From NCBI GenBank assembly GCA_951406725.2, contig OX597818.1:126604001-126668000 (forward strand): a DNA stretch of 64,000 bases, written 5' to 3'. This document shows positions 26,926 through 39,283 of this stretch, one piece after another. Within the stretch, counting starts at the first letter, position 1. Each line of letters opens with the position of its first letter. Made by a program: the position numbers and the translations under genes. This DNA is from Octopus vulgaris (Eukaryota). A model generated the notes under the pieces. That model saw only the letters and a program-made list of their open reading frames with translations, was not told where the DNA came from and searched no databases.

Positions 26926-28186
26926 ATAAAAACTATGAAAAACATTTTTAAAATCTTTTTCGTTCATTCGTAAATGGAAAAGAAATTAGAATAATTAAGA
27001 AAATAAAAAGTGGGCCACTTATATATATACATACATGTCTCTATAGATACTATACACACATACACACACACACACACACAAGAGAGAATGAAAAAGAATT
27101 TGCGAAATATTGGAATTAAGAACGTGAAAAAGGGACGGTTTGTAGTGAAGGAAAAGCGGAAGAAAGAGAGATTATTTGAGAAAAGAAAGGAGGAGAATGG
27201 ATTGCTAACGAAATGATGTCATCACCTCAGTTGATGTCATTTGTCACGGTGGATATATTCTATAGCTGCAGGGCATCTGAAAGGAATTTTATCAGTGGTG
27301 GCAGAAAGGATCCTTCTCGTGTCCCCCTCCTGGTATATGAACATTAGTCTTTAATATCGGCATGAGACCTCAGAAAATTCTGAGGACTTAGGTATTATAT
27401 ATCCCCCTGCACAATCGATCAAATAAGCCCATGTATAGCTGCACTGTAACTGATTTAATAGCACACAAGGATACATATGATGATGGTGGCGGTGGTGGTG
27501 GTGGTAGAAGAAAAGGTGTTGCTGTTGTTATTGTTGGTGGTGGTGTTGATGCTGGTGCTTGTGGTGATGGTATAAAACTTCATGTCATGGATGATCTACA
27601 ATTCATATCATTAAATGTAATCCACTCGTCTTATTAGTGACATGTAGAACTGCATTATCTACATGATTCCCTTTGCATCATTAGAGAGGGATTTAAGGAA
27701 GATCGAGTTACCATTACTAGCAGATCAAACAACCATATAAAATAGTGCTTCTCAAAACTATCACCTACTTTCTTTTACTAACACCATTTCAATGCTTCCG
27801 TGTTACGATTCAACAGAATTTAATACGCCACAAAAATAAAAGTACTACCGATAGGTTGATCATCATTGAAAGACTACCTGCATAGACTATTTCTTGCAGC
27901 CAGAATTATGGTGATATAAATGATTAAAAACACTAACAACAAGTTGCTGCAACAGTTATCATTTGCAATTCCTCACTCAGCATTCGTTGGCAGGAGCTTA
28001 GATAATGTAGAATATTTTCATAGCAAATATGAGGTCTTTAGTTAGCCGAATAGAATTTATAGCAATGTTAATAGCTGTTTGAATTTAGTATATTTTCCAT
28101 CCTTCAAATTTTTGAACCAGTCAGTAACTTCGACTGTATCTGACCACAAAATCTAACTTTAGATTTTAGTGTAGATAATACAGTAT

Positions 28187-28383
28187 TATTCTGTTGTGTC
28201 TGGGGAGAGTCATTTTCTTTTTGTGCCTTATAATGTAACACACTCAAGACTATTGAAAAGGTTGCAAGACTCAACGAAAATTTTAGGAAAATAAAAATAA
28301 GAAATAAGTGAAAATTTTACCGGTGAGTGTGTTACATTATAAGGCACAAAAATAAAATGACTCTCCCCAGACACAACAGAATA
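28187..28383. repeat. Inverted repeat, 60 bp arms, enclosing the hammerhead-like motif
   Basis: 28187-28246 vs 28324-28383 differ at one position. AATACAGTATTATT occurs at 28177-28190 and 28438-28451 (possible TSD). Confidence 0.88.
28250..28286 (+). ncRNA. Minimal hammerhead-like motif with U3-A8 core
   Basis: CTA-TTGAAAA-G-GTTGC aagac TCAAC-GAA-AATT-T-TAG. Same architecture as the 49902-49952 motif, but stem I is short. Confidence 0.5.
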
Positions 28384-30850
28384 TGCTTCAACACACGAAC
28401 TCATATAAAGAATCTTGCAAACCAAATCCAAAAACGAAATACAGTATTATTTCCTTTGCTAATCCTGCCTATGCCTGATTTGGGCAGGCATATTAATCCA
28501 TCAGTGGGTTTACATTTGAAAGTATTTCTGAAGATTAAAGCAATTATAACATCTATCATCCACTAATGCCCTGTTTGTCTGCAGTACCCATATAAAAAGC
28601 TCCGGCATCCCGCTCCTCGTAGAGAGTGGCAAAGCCAACATGGAGAATGGTTTACATAGTCTCTCTCTAGATGTTTCGCTTGTGGTGGTGTTGCTAATAG
28701 TGGCATTATTAAAAGATGATGCGTGGGTGACTCGAAGGTGTACCAATATCGTTGCTATTGTTTTTATTGCTGTTGTTAATTAGACCCAGAACGTTTCTCA
28801 TAGAATTCCAACTAGAAACATTGTTGTTTTTTTTACATAAATTACTCCACTTACGATGGCATTTTGTGTTCTCTCTCGTTAGTTTTGATGTAAAATTTGG
28901 ATATGTATATACACGTGCAGACACAGACACAGACACACACACAGGCACACACACACACACACACACATACACACACAAACTCACACACACTCACATACAC
29001 ACACATACACATACTTACACACACACACACACATATATGTATATATATATATATATATATACGACGGGCTTCTTTCAGTTTCCGTCTACCAAATTCACTC
29101 CCATGGCTTCGGTCAACCAGAGGCTATAGTAGAAGACACTTGCCCAAAGTACCGCGAAGTGGGACTGAACCCAGAATTATGTGATTGGAAAGCAAACTTC
29201 TTGCCACAAAGCCACGTACTATGTATTTTTGTGCATGTATGTGTACTGGGGTCGCTGTAGTCGACTTGCTCGCTCACCCGAATTTGATGGCCTTGTGCCA
29301 CAATTTGAAATCAATATTTCTATAAATTCCTGTATTCATTTTCAAACTGTCTTCTCGAATAATAAAGTAGTGTTGAAGAGGTATTTTCGTTTCTCTTCTT
29401 TTCCTTGTATATATTTATTTATGTATTTATTTATTCATATAGTCAAATGTGTCATTCCACTTCAACGCTGTATATTTCCATCTATTTCGTTTTATACGCT
29501 AGCCGTATCATTTATACAAGTGTGAACAGATCATTTTGCTAAAAAATATAATAGATCACCATTGTTTAACCTTTGTCCCATAACCAATAAAACTCTCTGT
29601 GTCTGAGTGTTGTCGTCACACTGCTCTCGCTCACTCTTTCCTCTTCCTTCTCTTCTCTCTCCTTCCCTCTCTCCCTTTCTATCAATGTTTATTCCATCTA
29701 CATATCCTATACAGATGTTCCGATTTCGTTTGACTCTTAATGTGTATGATTGTATGTGAGTCTAAGAGTATGCGCATGTGTGTGCGCGTGGTGTCTCTAT
29801 TTGGTGTTTCTGTGTGGTATGAGCAGCTGTTAGCAATTAACTAATTATATTCATATTAAAAACAAAAGTGAATTACTGACTTCTTCACTGCTTCAGTGAT
29901 CATTTTCAGTTCCTTCACTCCCAGAGTAAAATATCCAGATATTGATCAGTCTATCGATCTGTCCGTCTGCCTGTCTATCTTTCTGTTTTCCCCCCTCTCT
30001 CTGTGCGTGTGTGTGTGTTAATAAGTGTGTGCGTTTATATATTATGGATTAACAAAGCAACCAATGGTTTCATGTGAAGTGATCTTCACAATTGGTCAAA
30101 CGTTCCATATGAAAGTGTTGATACTCATCTCCATTTTGGATGAGAATAAGCGAGGTTACAAAACTCTGAACGAAGTTTCAAAATAAATATACACACCACG
30201 GGAGGTTACTTATATGAATATGCTAAATGGGTTTCTCTTTGAAAACGACGTATGAGCGTGCAGTAATGAGAACAGAAGCAACTCCCACGAACTTGAACTA
30301 ATGATATAATATAGTAAGGCATCTAGCTGGCAGAATCGTTAGCACGACGAGCAAAATGATTAGCAGTATTTCGTCCGTCTTTATGTTGTGAGTTCAGATT
30401 CCACCGAGGTCGACTTTCAACCTTTCGGAGTCGATAAAATAAGTACCAGTTGAGAACTAGGGTTGACATAATCATCTTACTCCCTGCTCCGAAATTGCTG
30501 GTCTTATGCCAACATTTGAAACTAATAGTATAATATAGTGTAATATATTATATGAGAAACAAATATGACTAATAACATTCCATATGAAACATATATTTAT
30601 GACCCTTAAACTACACCATTGATTTGAGTATCTAACGTTTGCTTTCTATGATTAAAAATACTAACTTTCATTGAGTTTCAGCAAGAAAAAAATTGTGGAT
30701 ACATATGTAGTGTGAAGTGAGCGTATTGGCATATTTGTGATATGAAATATTTATGATAAAAAGTGTTCGCGTCTGTTTAAAGTACCAAAGCAAAAGGCAG
30801 GCCTTAGCAAGAATAAGCTTTAAGTAGTTTAAATCCATTTTAGGTTTATA

Positions 30851-31657
30851 TACGAAAGGGTACGGGTACCAAAAGAAACCGTAATTTTGAAATGTTATTT
30901 TATTCTCTTAGATTTACATGTTTACTCTTTTATCGTTTTCAAAGTAGTCTTCATTTAAAGCAATGCATCTATCCAGACGCGTATTGCAGTGTTCGCAGCT
31001 GTGTTGGAACTCTTGCGAAATCATGCGTTTCAACACCGCCATCATTTTTTTTTCTTTACCTCTTCCGCATCTGCAAATTTCGTAACACCAGTGATGACCA
31101 TCGAAATAGGGTCCGGATTAACTTCCAACCTTTCTTTCAGTTCACGGCACGCATTCAGTTGTGACTACTTTTGATCTTCGGTGAGCTAGCGAAGCACAAA
31201 TTTTGCAGTAACTTTTTTCATTCGCAATTCTTCGCTCAACATTCCTTGGCTGGAGCTCCAGGACACACCAATCATATCAACAAAATTGTCAATTGTTCAG
31301 TGACGGTCTCCCATGAATTTTCGTGTTCGGGAGGTCGATGGTCGCCCTGAACAAGGTTGGGCCTCAAGCGACAAGTGACCATTCCAAAATGTGAAAGCCA
31401 GTCGCAGATTTCTGTTTTGCTCTTAGCAGCGTTCTTGTCAGGTATCTGAAGCATGGCGACTGCTTCGGTCGCTGTTTTCCCTAGGAGAAAACAGAATTTC
31501 ACGGAAGCATCACCAAAATCGACGCCCCATGTGGCAGTACGACTCGACTTAATGACGCCGGTCGGTAGACTGATGCGCAAGGGTTGAATCAAATGGCCTC
31601 TGTACAACGGGCTTGTCCCACAGACAACATTTCCGGTTACTTTTAGGTACCATCTCG

Positions 31658-31658
<1 letters not shown>
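30851..31658 (-). mobile_element. Internally deleted mariner element with degenerate TIRs
   Basis: VKFCFLLGKTATEAVAMLQ (N-terminal HTH) and LSEELRMKKVTAKFVLR*LTEDQK...VITG. Both ends TACGA..GGTACC.AAAG..ACCG-like. Confidence 0.75.
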
Positions 31659-31703
<45 letters not shown>

Positions 31704-31709
31704 CAAAAT

Positions 31710-31792
31710 AAGCAATAAGAATATCTTCGGTAATTTCGTACGATGTAGCGTGAAACGATCGTTCCAAATTACCGAAAATATTCTTGTTGCTT
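31710..31792. repeat. Short imperfect hairpin (~35 bp arms) between (TA)n tracts
   Basis: AAGCAATAAGAATATCTTCGGTAATTT ... AAATTACCGAAAATATTCTTGTTGCTT. Confidence 0.75.
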
Positions 31793-31886
31793 TTTTTATT
31801 ATAATCACCCCATGGATTTATATGGATAACACCGTACAAAATTCTGCTGCATGTAACTTAAGTTATATATTCATATATGTATGTAC

Positions 31887-31940
<54 letters not shown>

Positions 31941-32166
31941 TGTATGCATGCGTTTCATCAATTACTTGTTTCTGTCATTGGCTGTGGTCATCCGGAGGCA
32001 TTTTAGTCGGACGAATCGACCTCAGAACGTATTTTGATTTCAGCCTGGTGCTTATTCGATCGGTGTCATTTTGACGAACACCCAAGTTACAGAGATGTAA
32101 AAAAAATATATTGCACCGTTTGTCAAGAAGTGATGGGGAACACAAAGCCGGAAATATACATACACG

Positions 32167-32278
<112 letters not shown>

Positions 32279-32411
32279 GATATATATATATATATATATA
32301 TATATACGATATATATTTATACACATAAGGAATCCAATTTAACGTGAATTCAACACATTAGAAACAATAGCTAGGTTCTGTAAACCACAAAAATATATAT
32401 ATAAAATAAAG

Positions 32412-32491
<80 letters not shown>

Positions 32492-32495
32492 GTGC

Positions 32496-32542
<47 letters not shown>

Positions 32543-33045
32543 TGTGTGTGTGTGTACGACGGGCATATTCAGTTTCGGCCTAACGTATCCAAACACAAGG
32601 ATTTCATCAGTTTGAAGCTATAGCTAAGACACTTGCCGAAGGTGCTGTATAGTGGAATTGAATTTCGGAAGTAAGTGGTTGGGAAGCAAACTTGTTGCCA
32701 CACAGCCAGATATACGTTGATAGAGAGGGGTAATGATTTACTGGGATAGTGAGAAGTTTGCCATGAAAAATTGATACGTGTTTATACCAAACTATAATCC
32801 GCCTCTACTTAACTTAGATTCACCACTTAACATTCATTAATTTACATGTCTAAACAAGATTTTTTACTCTTGTTATCTCGAATTCCGAAAAGAAAAATGT
32901 GAGAAAAAAATCCTAGTAATCCCAAATATTAGTAGATTTTTGTTTGAAATACATAGTGAGATCTTTGTTTTGAGCTTTAATTAGTTCCAGATTGTCATTT
33001 ATTATAGTTTGTTCTGATCTCTGATAACGTTCCCGGCTCCTCCTC

Positions 33046-33129
<84 letters not shown>

Positions 33130-33438
33130 ATATATATATATATATATATTACATTCATAGACTTACTGTTTCCCCCTTCCCTCTCTCTTTCTCTCTTCAA
33201 TCGTAGGATAAATTCCTCGAATATTTAGTCTTGTGCAATGAAATCCTAAACAGCGTTATTGTAGTTGATTTTTGTTGTTTTGAATGTTGTTGTTGATCAG
33301 CCCTGTAAGTCCTTGGTAAGATAGATAGATAAATATATATATAGATAACTTATAAATAGATATATAGATAGGTTAAATAGATATATAGATATATAGATAT
33401 ATAGATATATAGATAGCTTGATGGATTACTAGACAGAC

Positions 33439-33520
<82 letters not shown>

Positions 33521-33978
33521 GTTTCTTTATTGGCCACACAGGGCTGCACACAGATGGGACAAGTTACAATGTAGAGCTTTTCTTTTGGGGGATGAAAAAA
33601 AAGGGGGTGGCGTAGGTTTTCGATCAAGAGGGATCGTAAAAGGGAAGAAAAGAACAAAAAAAATTTAAAAAAAGAAGAAAAAATAAAAAGAATAAAAAGA
33701 AAAAAGAAAAAAGAAAAAAAGAAAGGGAAAGGAACAAAAGAAAAGAGAAATGAAAAAAGAAGAAAAAGGGGGAAAAAAAGGAAGAGGAAAAAAAAAGGAA
33801 CGATCAATAGGGATCGTGTATCACAGTGTTATGATATATGGTGTAAAGGGGAAAGCAAGTAAGGTTTTTCCGTGGGAAGAAAAGCCTACGAAAAAGACCA
33901 CGGTAACCTTGGTCAATATTGTTATATGTTACCACATTTGTTTGCAAGTGGGTAACCCTCTGTTTTCAATTTCTGGGT

Positions 33979-36900
33979 TCATAGGATTATGCTCAAGGTG
34001 GCTTCGTCATTCATACGTGCCATCCTTGCTACATTCACCCATCTTTTTTAAAACATTCGCTAGACAAAACTTGCCTCTCTACTCTCACTTTCCTTTTCAA
34101 GTGGTACTTGAAGAAGTTGATGAGAGATTGACTAGAGAGGAAAGTGTTTGTCTCCAATCCTTTCAGACGCGTCCACCAGATACATTCTTTCGCCATAGCC
34201 ACAAGGATGATGAAAATAGCTCTTCCTTCCCGTTTGAAGGAAGGAGGCGTGACAATATTGACGATAGACTCAGCTGATAAACCGACTCGTCCCACACGTG
34301 ACAGCAGTTGTTTGACACAAGCCCACAGGTCGGAAATTGTTGGACACTGCACGAGTGCGTGCAGAACGGTTTCGTCGCTCTGACCGCATCTCGGGCAGGT
34401 CGGCCCCGTGTTTCTCGAGCCGTGTCTGTAGAGCTTATCCCGAACGGGTAGCGCTTCTCGGTAACACTGCCAGGCCAGGGATCTCTGGAAGTTGTCCATG
34501 GGCCCTGGCTCGAAAGTCGTCCTGAACAGGCGGGTCAGGTACTCCTCGTCGACGTCCAGGTTCGCCCCGAGCTCGTCGTCGTACCTCCTCCACTAATCCC
34601 CTATAGAATGCTTTGGTTGTGTTGAAGTCACTCAAGGTCGACTCAGGACGGCAGAGTTGCTTGAGAGCAACGCGACACTCGCGGTGCCAATCGCCCTTCC
34701 TCGGCCTCTTTTTGATCCACGACTGCAGTTCGGTCATGGAGACGAGCTGCGGGAAAGCGTGCCTCACAAACGGCGACCACACCTGTTCACCGTCGTCTAC
34801 ATAGAGCCAGAGATGTCGCAGTCTCAGCGCGTGTCTGCGCATCATCAACCACGGCATGCCCAGCCCTCCTTTTAACGGGTGTTGACAGCAAATGGATCGC
34901 CTGACCATCGGGACGCATCCTTTCCACAAGAAGCGAAAGAGAATGCGTTGTAGTTTGGTGATGGTAGGGTCGGGACAAGGTACGACGGTCAGGCGGTAGT
35001 AGATGACGGACGCGATGTACGTGTTCGCCACCTCCGCCCGACCTTTTAGGGACAGTTTCCTCTCGGCCCATTGCCGGGCGAGAGTGACCACCCTACTCGT
35101 TATCTCGTTCCAGTTCTTCTCCACTTGGAGGTCCGGACCAAACCAGACCCCGAGCAACTCAACCGCGCCGTCGGTCCAGCGTCCCACGACGGAGGCGCTG
35201 GTGGACGGCATGGGCTTGCTTCTCCAGGTGCCTAGTCGCAAGCCCACTGACTTTTCCCGGTTGATTTTCGCTCCTGTCACCGCTTCGTAGTTTTTCAGTG
35301 TCTCGCCGACCTGCTCGATGTGCTCGTGGCTAGACACTATGACGGTGACGTCGTCCGCGTATGCAGACACGCTCGTCCCGCATCCCAGTTCTCGCGGGAT
35401 GCCCCTCAAAGTTGCCAGCTTCCGCAATAATGGCTCGAGAGTCAATACGTATAGAAGCGACGAGAGGGGGCATCCCTGACGGACCGAACGTGCGATGTCG
35501 AAGGGTCTCGACAGATGACCATTCACGCGAATTACCGAACGGATGCCTCTGTACAAAGCGGCTATCCAGCCGCGAAAGACGGGACCGAAGCCTGCCGCTC
35601 TGAGGACCGCCTCCAAGTATCGATGGTCCACCCTATCGAAAGCTTTCGATTGATCCAAATTGATCAGCGCCCCACCCATGCCAGGTTCGTTAACTACCCT
35701 GTCTATGATGTAGCGCATCAGGTGGAGGTTGTCATGGATGGTCCGGCCTGGCACGGCGCATGTTTGCGCCTTGTCGACCAGTTTCTCGATGACAAGCGCC
35801 AACCTCTTGGCTAGCACCTTGGCCAAAATTTTCAAGTCTGCATTAAGTAGAGTGATGGGCCTAAAGTTATCTATTACATTTCCCTTGTTTAGATCTTTCT
35901 TCAGCAGTGTTACGGCTCCTCGGCTCACAAAACCAGGAATGCTCCCGTTTTGCTGCCAGTTGCAGTACACCGCCGCCAAGAAATCTCCAAACAAGTCTGG
36001 CATACAATTGTAAAGCTCGTAGGGTAGACCATCCAAACCCGGTGATTTGTCCCTCGAGCATTCTGCCATCGTGTCCTGCACTTCAGCCGCCGTGTTGGCA
36101 CCTTCGCAGCTCCCTGCCTTTCTTGTCGAGAGTCGTGGTAGGCTATGTAGGTAGGCACTGAAGTCCACCCTACGTTCTTGCCCTCCACTCGTCCCGAACA
36201 GTCGGGCAAAATGCTGCTGAAAGGCCTCACACATTTTACTTGGCTCGAGCAATTCGCGCCCCTGTTCATCTACCAGGGACCGAATGGTGGCTTTGTTGCC
36301 CTGTTGCGCCTCTGCCACCCGGGCCTCTCTCGCGGCTCCAACACCTTCGTTCCTTAGAGCATGCATCCTAGCTCTGACAGCACATCCTTCGTGTTTGGCG
36401 TTGAAGTGTTGGTCGAGGGCCAACCTCGCCGCCAAAACGTCGGATGCGATGCCGCTTCTAATTGCCTCTTCTAGCTTCTTAACTAGCTCACCCTCTACTC
36501 TATTTCTATCTATGGCTAGTGCTTTGCTGTACCTAATCGCTTCTGCTTTTACTGCTCTCTTGAGGGCAAACCACCATTTGTTGTTGATGATGGCTCCCGT
36601 CAAAGCCCTCTTTACTAGTGTGCTAATCCGGTCTCTGAAAACCTGTCTCGATGGGAAAGACGCGTTTAGTTTCCAGTATCTGGGACCCTGCCTAAGTGTC
36701 TTACCTAAGTCTAGCGTACATGTCACAAGTTTGTGATCCGTGTAGCTGACTATGTGGAATTGTGGACAACCTATGCTATCTCTGTCTACTGTCCTACACA
36801 GTATCCTATCTAGATACGATCTCGACGACCCGATGCGGTTGCTCCATGTCCACGTTGGTGCATTCGGGTGGTCTAGTCGGAACCTGTCAGACAGTTGAAA

Positions 36901-37413
36901 GCGTCTGAGCAGGTCTCTGAGGCATTTGCATCCCCGTCTATTCCTATCTCTACCCACGTAGTCTACATGCGTGTCCAAGGTAGCATTCCAATCCCCCACT
37001 AAGAGTTAAGGACGAGACGTTCCCAAGAATACTTCTAGACGTTGAAAGAAATCCGCCCGACCTGTTAAGGGCGGTGCGTAGACTGATACGAGTCGAAAAG
37101 CGCACCCATTGCTGCCGTCGACATCCAGGACGACCAGTCTACCCTCCGGGTCTACGAATATTGTCCTTACTTTGAGATCCAGACTCTTGCGAAAAAGTAC
37201 CGCGGTGCCACTACCGCCCATTCTCGGGAGACAGGGGGAAAAATAAATGTTGAACTGTCCGCCAAACATAGTCTTTAGGGCCCGCGGATTGTAGAGTCTG
37301 GTCTCACTTATGGCTATGATTTCTAACTTATGTGACTTTATGTCATTTAAGAGGTACCCTTGTTTCCAAAGGGACCCCAAGCCACGCGCATTTACACAAC
37401 CAATCTTGATCCT
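33979..37413 (-). pseudogene. ORF2 (AP endonuclease + reverse transcriptase + C-terminal Zn finger) of the Tx1-like LINE, broken by three frameshifts
   Basis: APE motifs IGCVNARGL, ISET, VYAP, GDWN, LDRI, TDH. RT motifs FRPITLLNADLKIL, DQSKAFD, VRQGCPLS, AYADD. Zn finger CPRCGQSDETVLHALVQC. Frame changes near 37005, 34530 and 34045; the last frame ends RWVNVARMARMNDEATLSIIL*. Confidence 0.92.
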
Positions 37414-37457
37414 TGTCCTAATGAATTAGAATACAAGTGAAAGGAACAGAGGGTTAC

Positions 37458-38783
37458 TTACTGCTCGAAAGTTTTTGCTTTCTCCTCCTTTGGTTTGTCC
37501 TCGAGGAGATCCCAGTACAGTTTCTTTGTGAGATATTTTTGGCATTTACCAACCGCACTGGGGAAAATGCCTTTGAGTGTGTGGTGCAGACTTTTGGAGA
37601 TGTATAATATTTTGATGTAGTCTGGTGGTGTTGTGTATGGGTGATTGTTTGTTTTTATGTCATCTTCTGTTATGTTTGTTTTTGATTGGATGTATTCCAT
37701 CAAATTTGTGTTTTTGGTGTCTATAGCTGTGAGCATGTTTGCTGTAAATATTTTTGTGGTGTTGGTGTGGCTGTTGTTTGTGTTGGGTTTTGAAATGTCT
37801 TCGGGAGATGTATTTCCCTCTGCTTTGTTCGTGTTTGCATTTGGTTTGGTTGTGTTTCTGCTCTTTATTTTCCTTCTTTTTGTAGCTATTTGCCATTCTT
37901 CACTGGTTTCGTCTTCCGACGAAATTTCTGAGGAATCAGTAGGGGGTAGGGGTATGTTGTAGGCTTCTATGTATGTCTGTGTAAGTGGTTGTGTTGTTGT
38001 TTTCGTTGTTGTTGGTTGTTGAGTGTTTGTGTGTGTTGAGTGCGGTGTAAGGGATGGGGGATCAGTTTGTGTGTGTTTTCTTTGTTTTTCTGTTCCTATG
38101 GTTCTTGCTGTTGTTGGTGGTGTTGGTATTTTTTCAGGTGTTGAGTGGTTTTTGGTTGATGACGGATTAGCTTGGTGTGCTTCTCTTGTCGTCTTCTGTG
38201 TTGATGGTGGTGTGGGTAGTAGAGCTTTTTTTCCGGAGTGCTTTGGTTGTGGTAGTGGTTGTTGTTGTTGCTCTTGGTGTGCAGTGGTTGGGCACGTCTT
38301 TTTCAGGTGTGTTTCGCTTCCACACAAATAGCAGCGTGGTCGCCTGCCCTCTACCACTACATAGAGTTTGTAGCCTCCTGGCAGTTCTATAGTGGTGGGT
38401 ATCTTCTCTCTTGCTGCTTCATCCAATTGAAGCAGGAATTCGATTGATTTGCCCACATAGTCTTTCTCTCCTAGAACAGCGATTTCAAGGATGTTTGTCT
38501 CTGACATTGTCTCTGTCATTTCAAAGCAGATGGCAGAGACTAACCATTGTGTTTCGACTTCAAGTGGTATATTTTTTATTTGGACTTTCGTGACCCTTTT
38601 GTTTAAATAGACTAGAATCATTACCAAGTCGTCCGAATGCAGCTCCAATGTGGAAAAACGTTTTGCTAAATTTTCGTTGAGGAAACTTACTTGGACTGTA
38701 CCAAATTTGTTTCCCCAACTGATATATTCCTTGAAGTCCCATGCAGGACGAAGGCATTTTTCGATTTTTTTCCTGCGGTGCAT
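37458..38783 (-). CDS. ORF1 (gag-like nucleic-acid-binding protein) of the Tx1-like LINE, 441 aa
   Basis: Uninterrupted ATG-started ORF. CX2CX4HX4C knuckle CYLCGSETHLKKTC preceded by VVVEGRRPRC. T/P/Q-rich linker and EEWQIATKRRK motif, typical of L1/Tx1 ORF1. Confidence 0.88.
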   Translation of the reverse strand: MHRRKKIEKCLRPAWDFKEYISWGNKFGTVQVSFLNENLAKRFSTLELHSDDLVMILVYLNKRVTKVQIKNIPLEVETQWLVSAICFEMTETMSETNILEIAVLGEKDYVGKSIEFLLQLDEAAREKIPTTIELPGGYKLYVVVEGRRPRCYLCGSETHLKKTCPTTAHQEQQQQPLPQPKHSGKKALLPTPPSTQKTTREAHQANPSSTKNHSTPEKIPTPPTTARTIGTEKQRKHTQTDPPSLTPHSTHTNTQQPTTTKTTTQPLTQTYIEAYNIPLPPTDSSEISSEDETSEEWQIATKRRKIKSRNTTKPNANTNKAEGNTSPEDISKPNTNNSHTNTTKIFTANMLTAIDTKNTNLMEYIQSKTNITEDDIKTNNHPYTTPPDYIKILYISKSLHHTLKGIFPSAVGKCQKYLTKKLYWDLLEDKPKEEKAKTFEQ

Positions 38784-39222
38784 TTTCTGTTCGTCTTGTT
38801 TTCTTGTTTATTACTTTATAAATTATTGTTTTTTAGATAGATAGATAGATAGATAGATAGATATATAGTAGTAGTAGTAGTAGTATGTGGACATGTGCTG
38901 TAACAGTTCGGGACTGCTTCCTCCATTTGTTGGTGATTCTCCTCTCCTAGCGGATGACACCTTTGCACCGCTCAGGCGACAACCCTCCAATTGCTTGGGT
39001 AGTCTTTGCTGGTGAGGGTTTTACGACGTTGGAGCGCAAATACTACCACGTCCTCTCTTAGTCACCTTTTACGATGCGCACAAGAAACATTGGGTTAATA
39101 TATACAGGTGTGCGTGTGTGTGAGTGTGTGTGTGCGTGTGTATGTGTGTATGTGCGTGTGTGCGCGCGCGTGTGTGTGTGTGTGCGTGTGTATGTGTGTG
39201 TGTGTGCGTGTGTATGTGTGCG

Positions 39223-39283
<61 letters not shown>

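Larger units (their letters stand above)
33519..38834 (-). mobile_element. Near full-length Tx1-clade (L1-like) non-LTR retrotransposon bracketed by (GATA)n tracts
   Basis: ORF1 with CCHC knuckle, then APE-RT-Zn finger ORF2. 3' UTR ends AATAAAGAAACTT directly into (TATC)n (tract 33441-33518). Another (GATA)n at ~38835-38862. The 5' UTR may extend to ~39059. Confidence 0.93.

Noticed and set aside
28589-28783. TATA-like box followed by a short hydrophobic ORF (MENGLHSL...)
   Set aside because: Under 50 codons, no homology recognised; expected by chance.
33750-36736. Plus-strand ORFs overlapping the LINE
   Set aside because: Antisense shadows of the GC-rich ORF2; no independent motifs.
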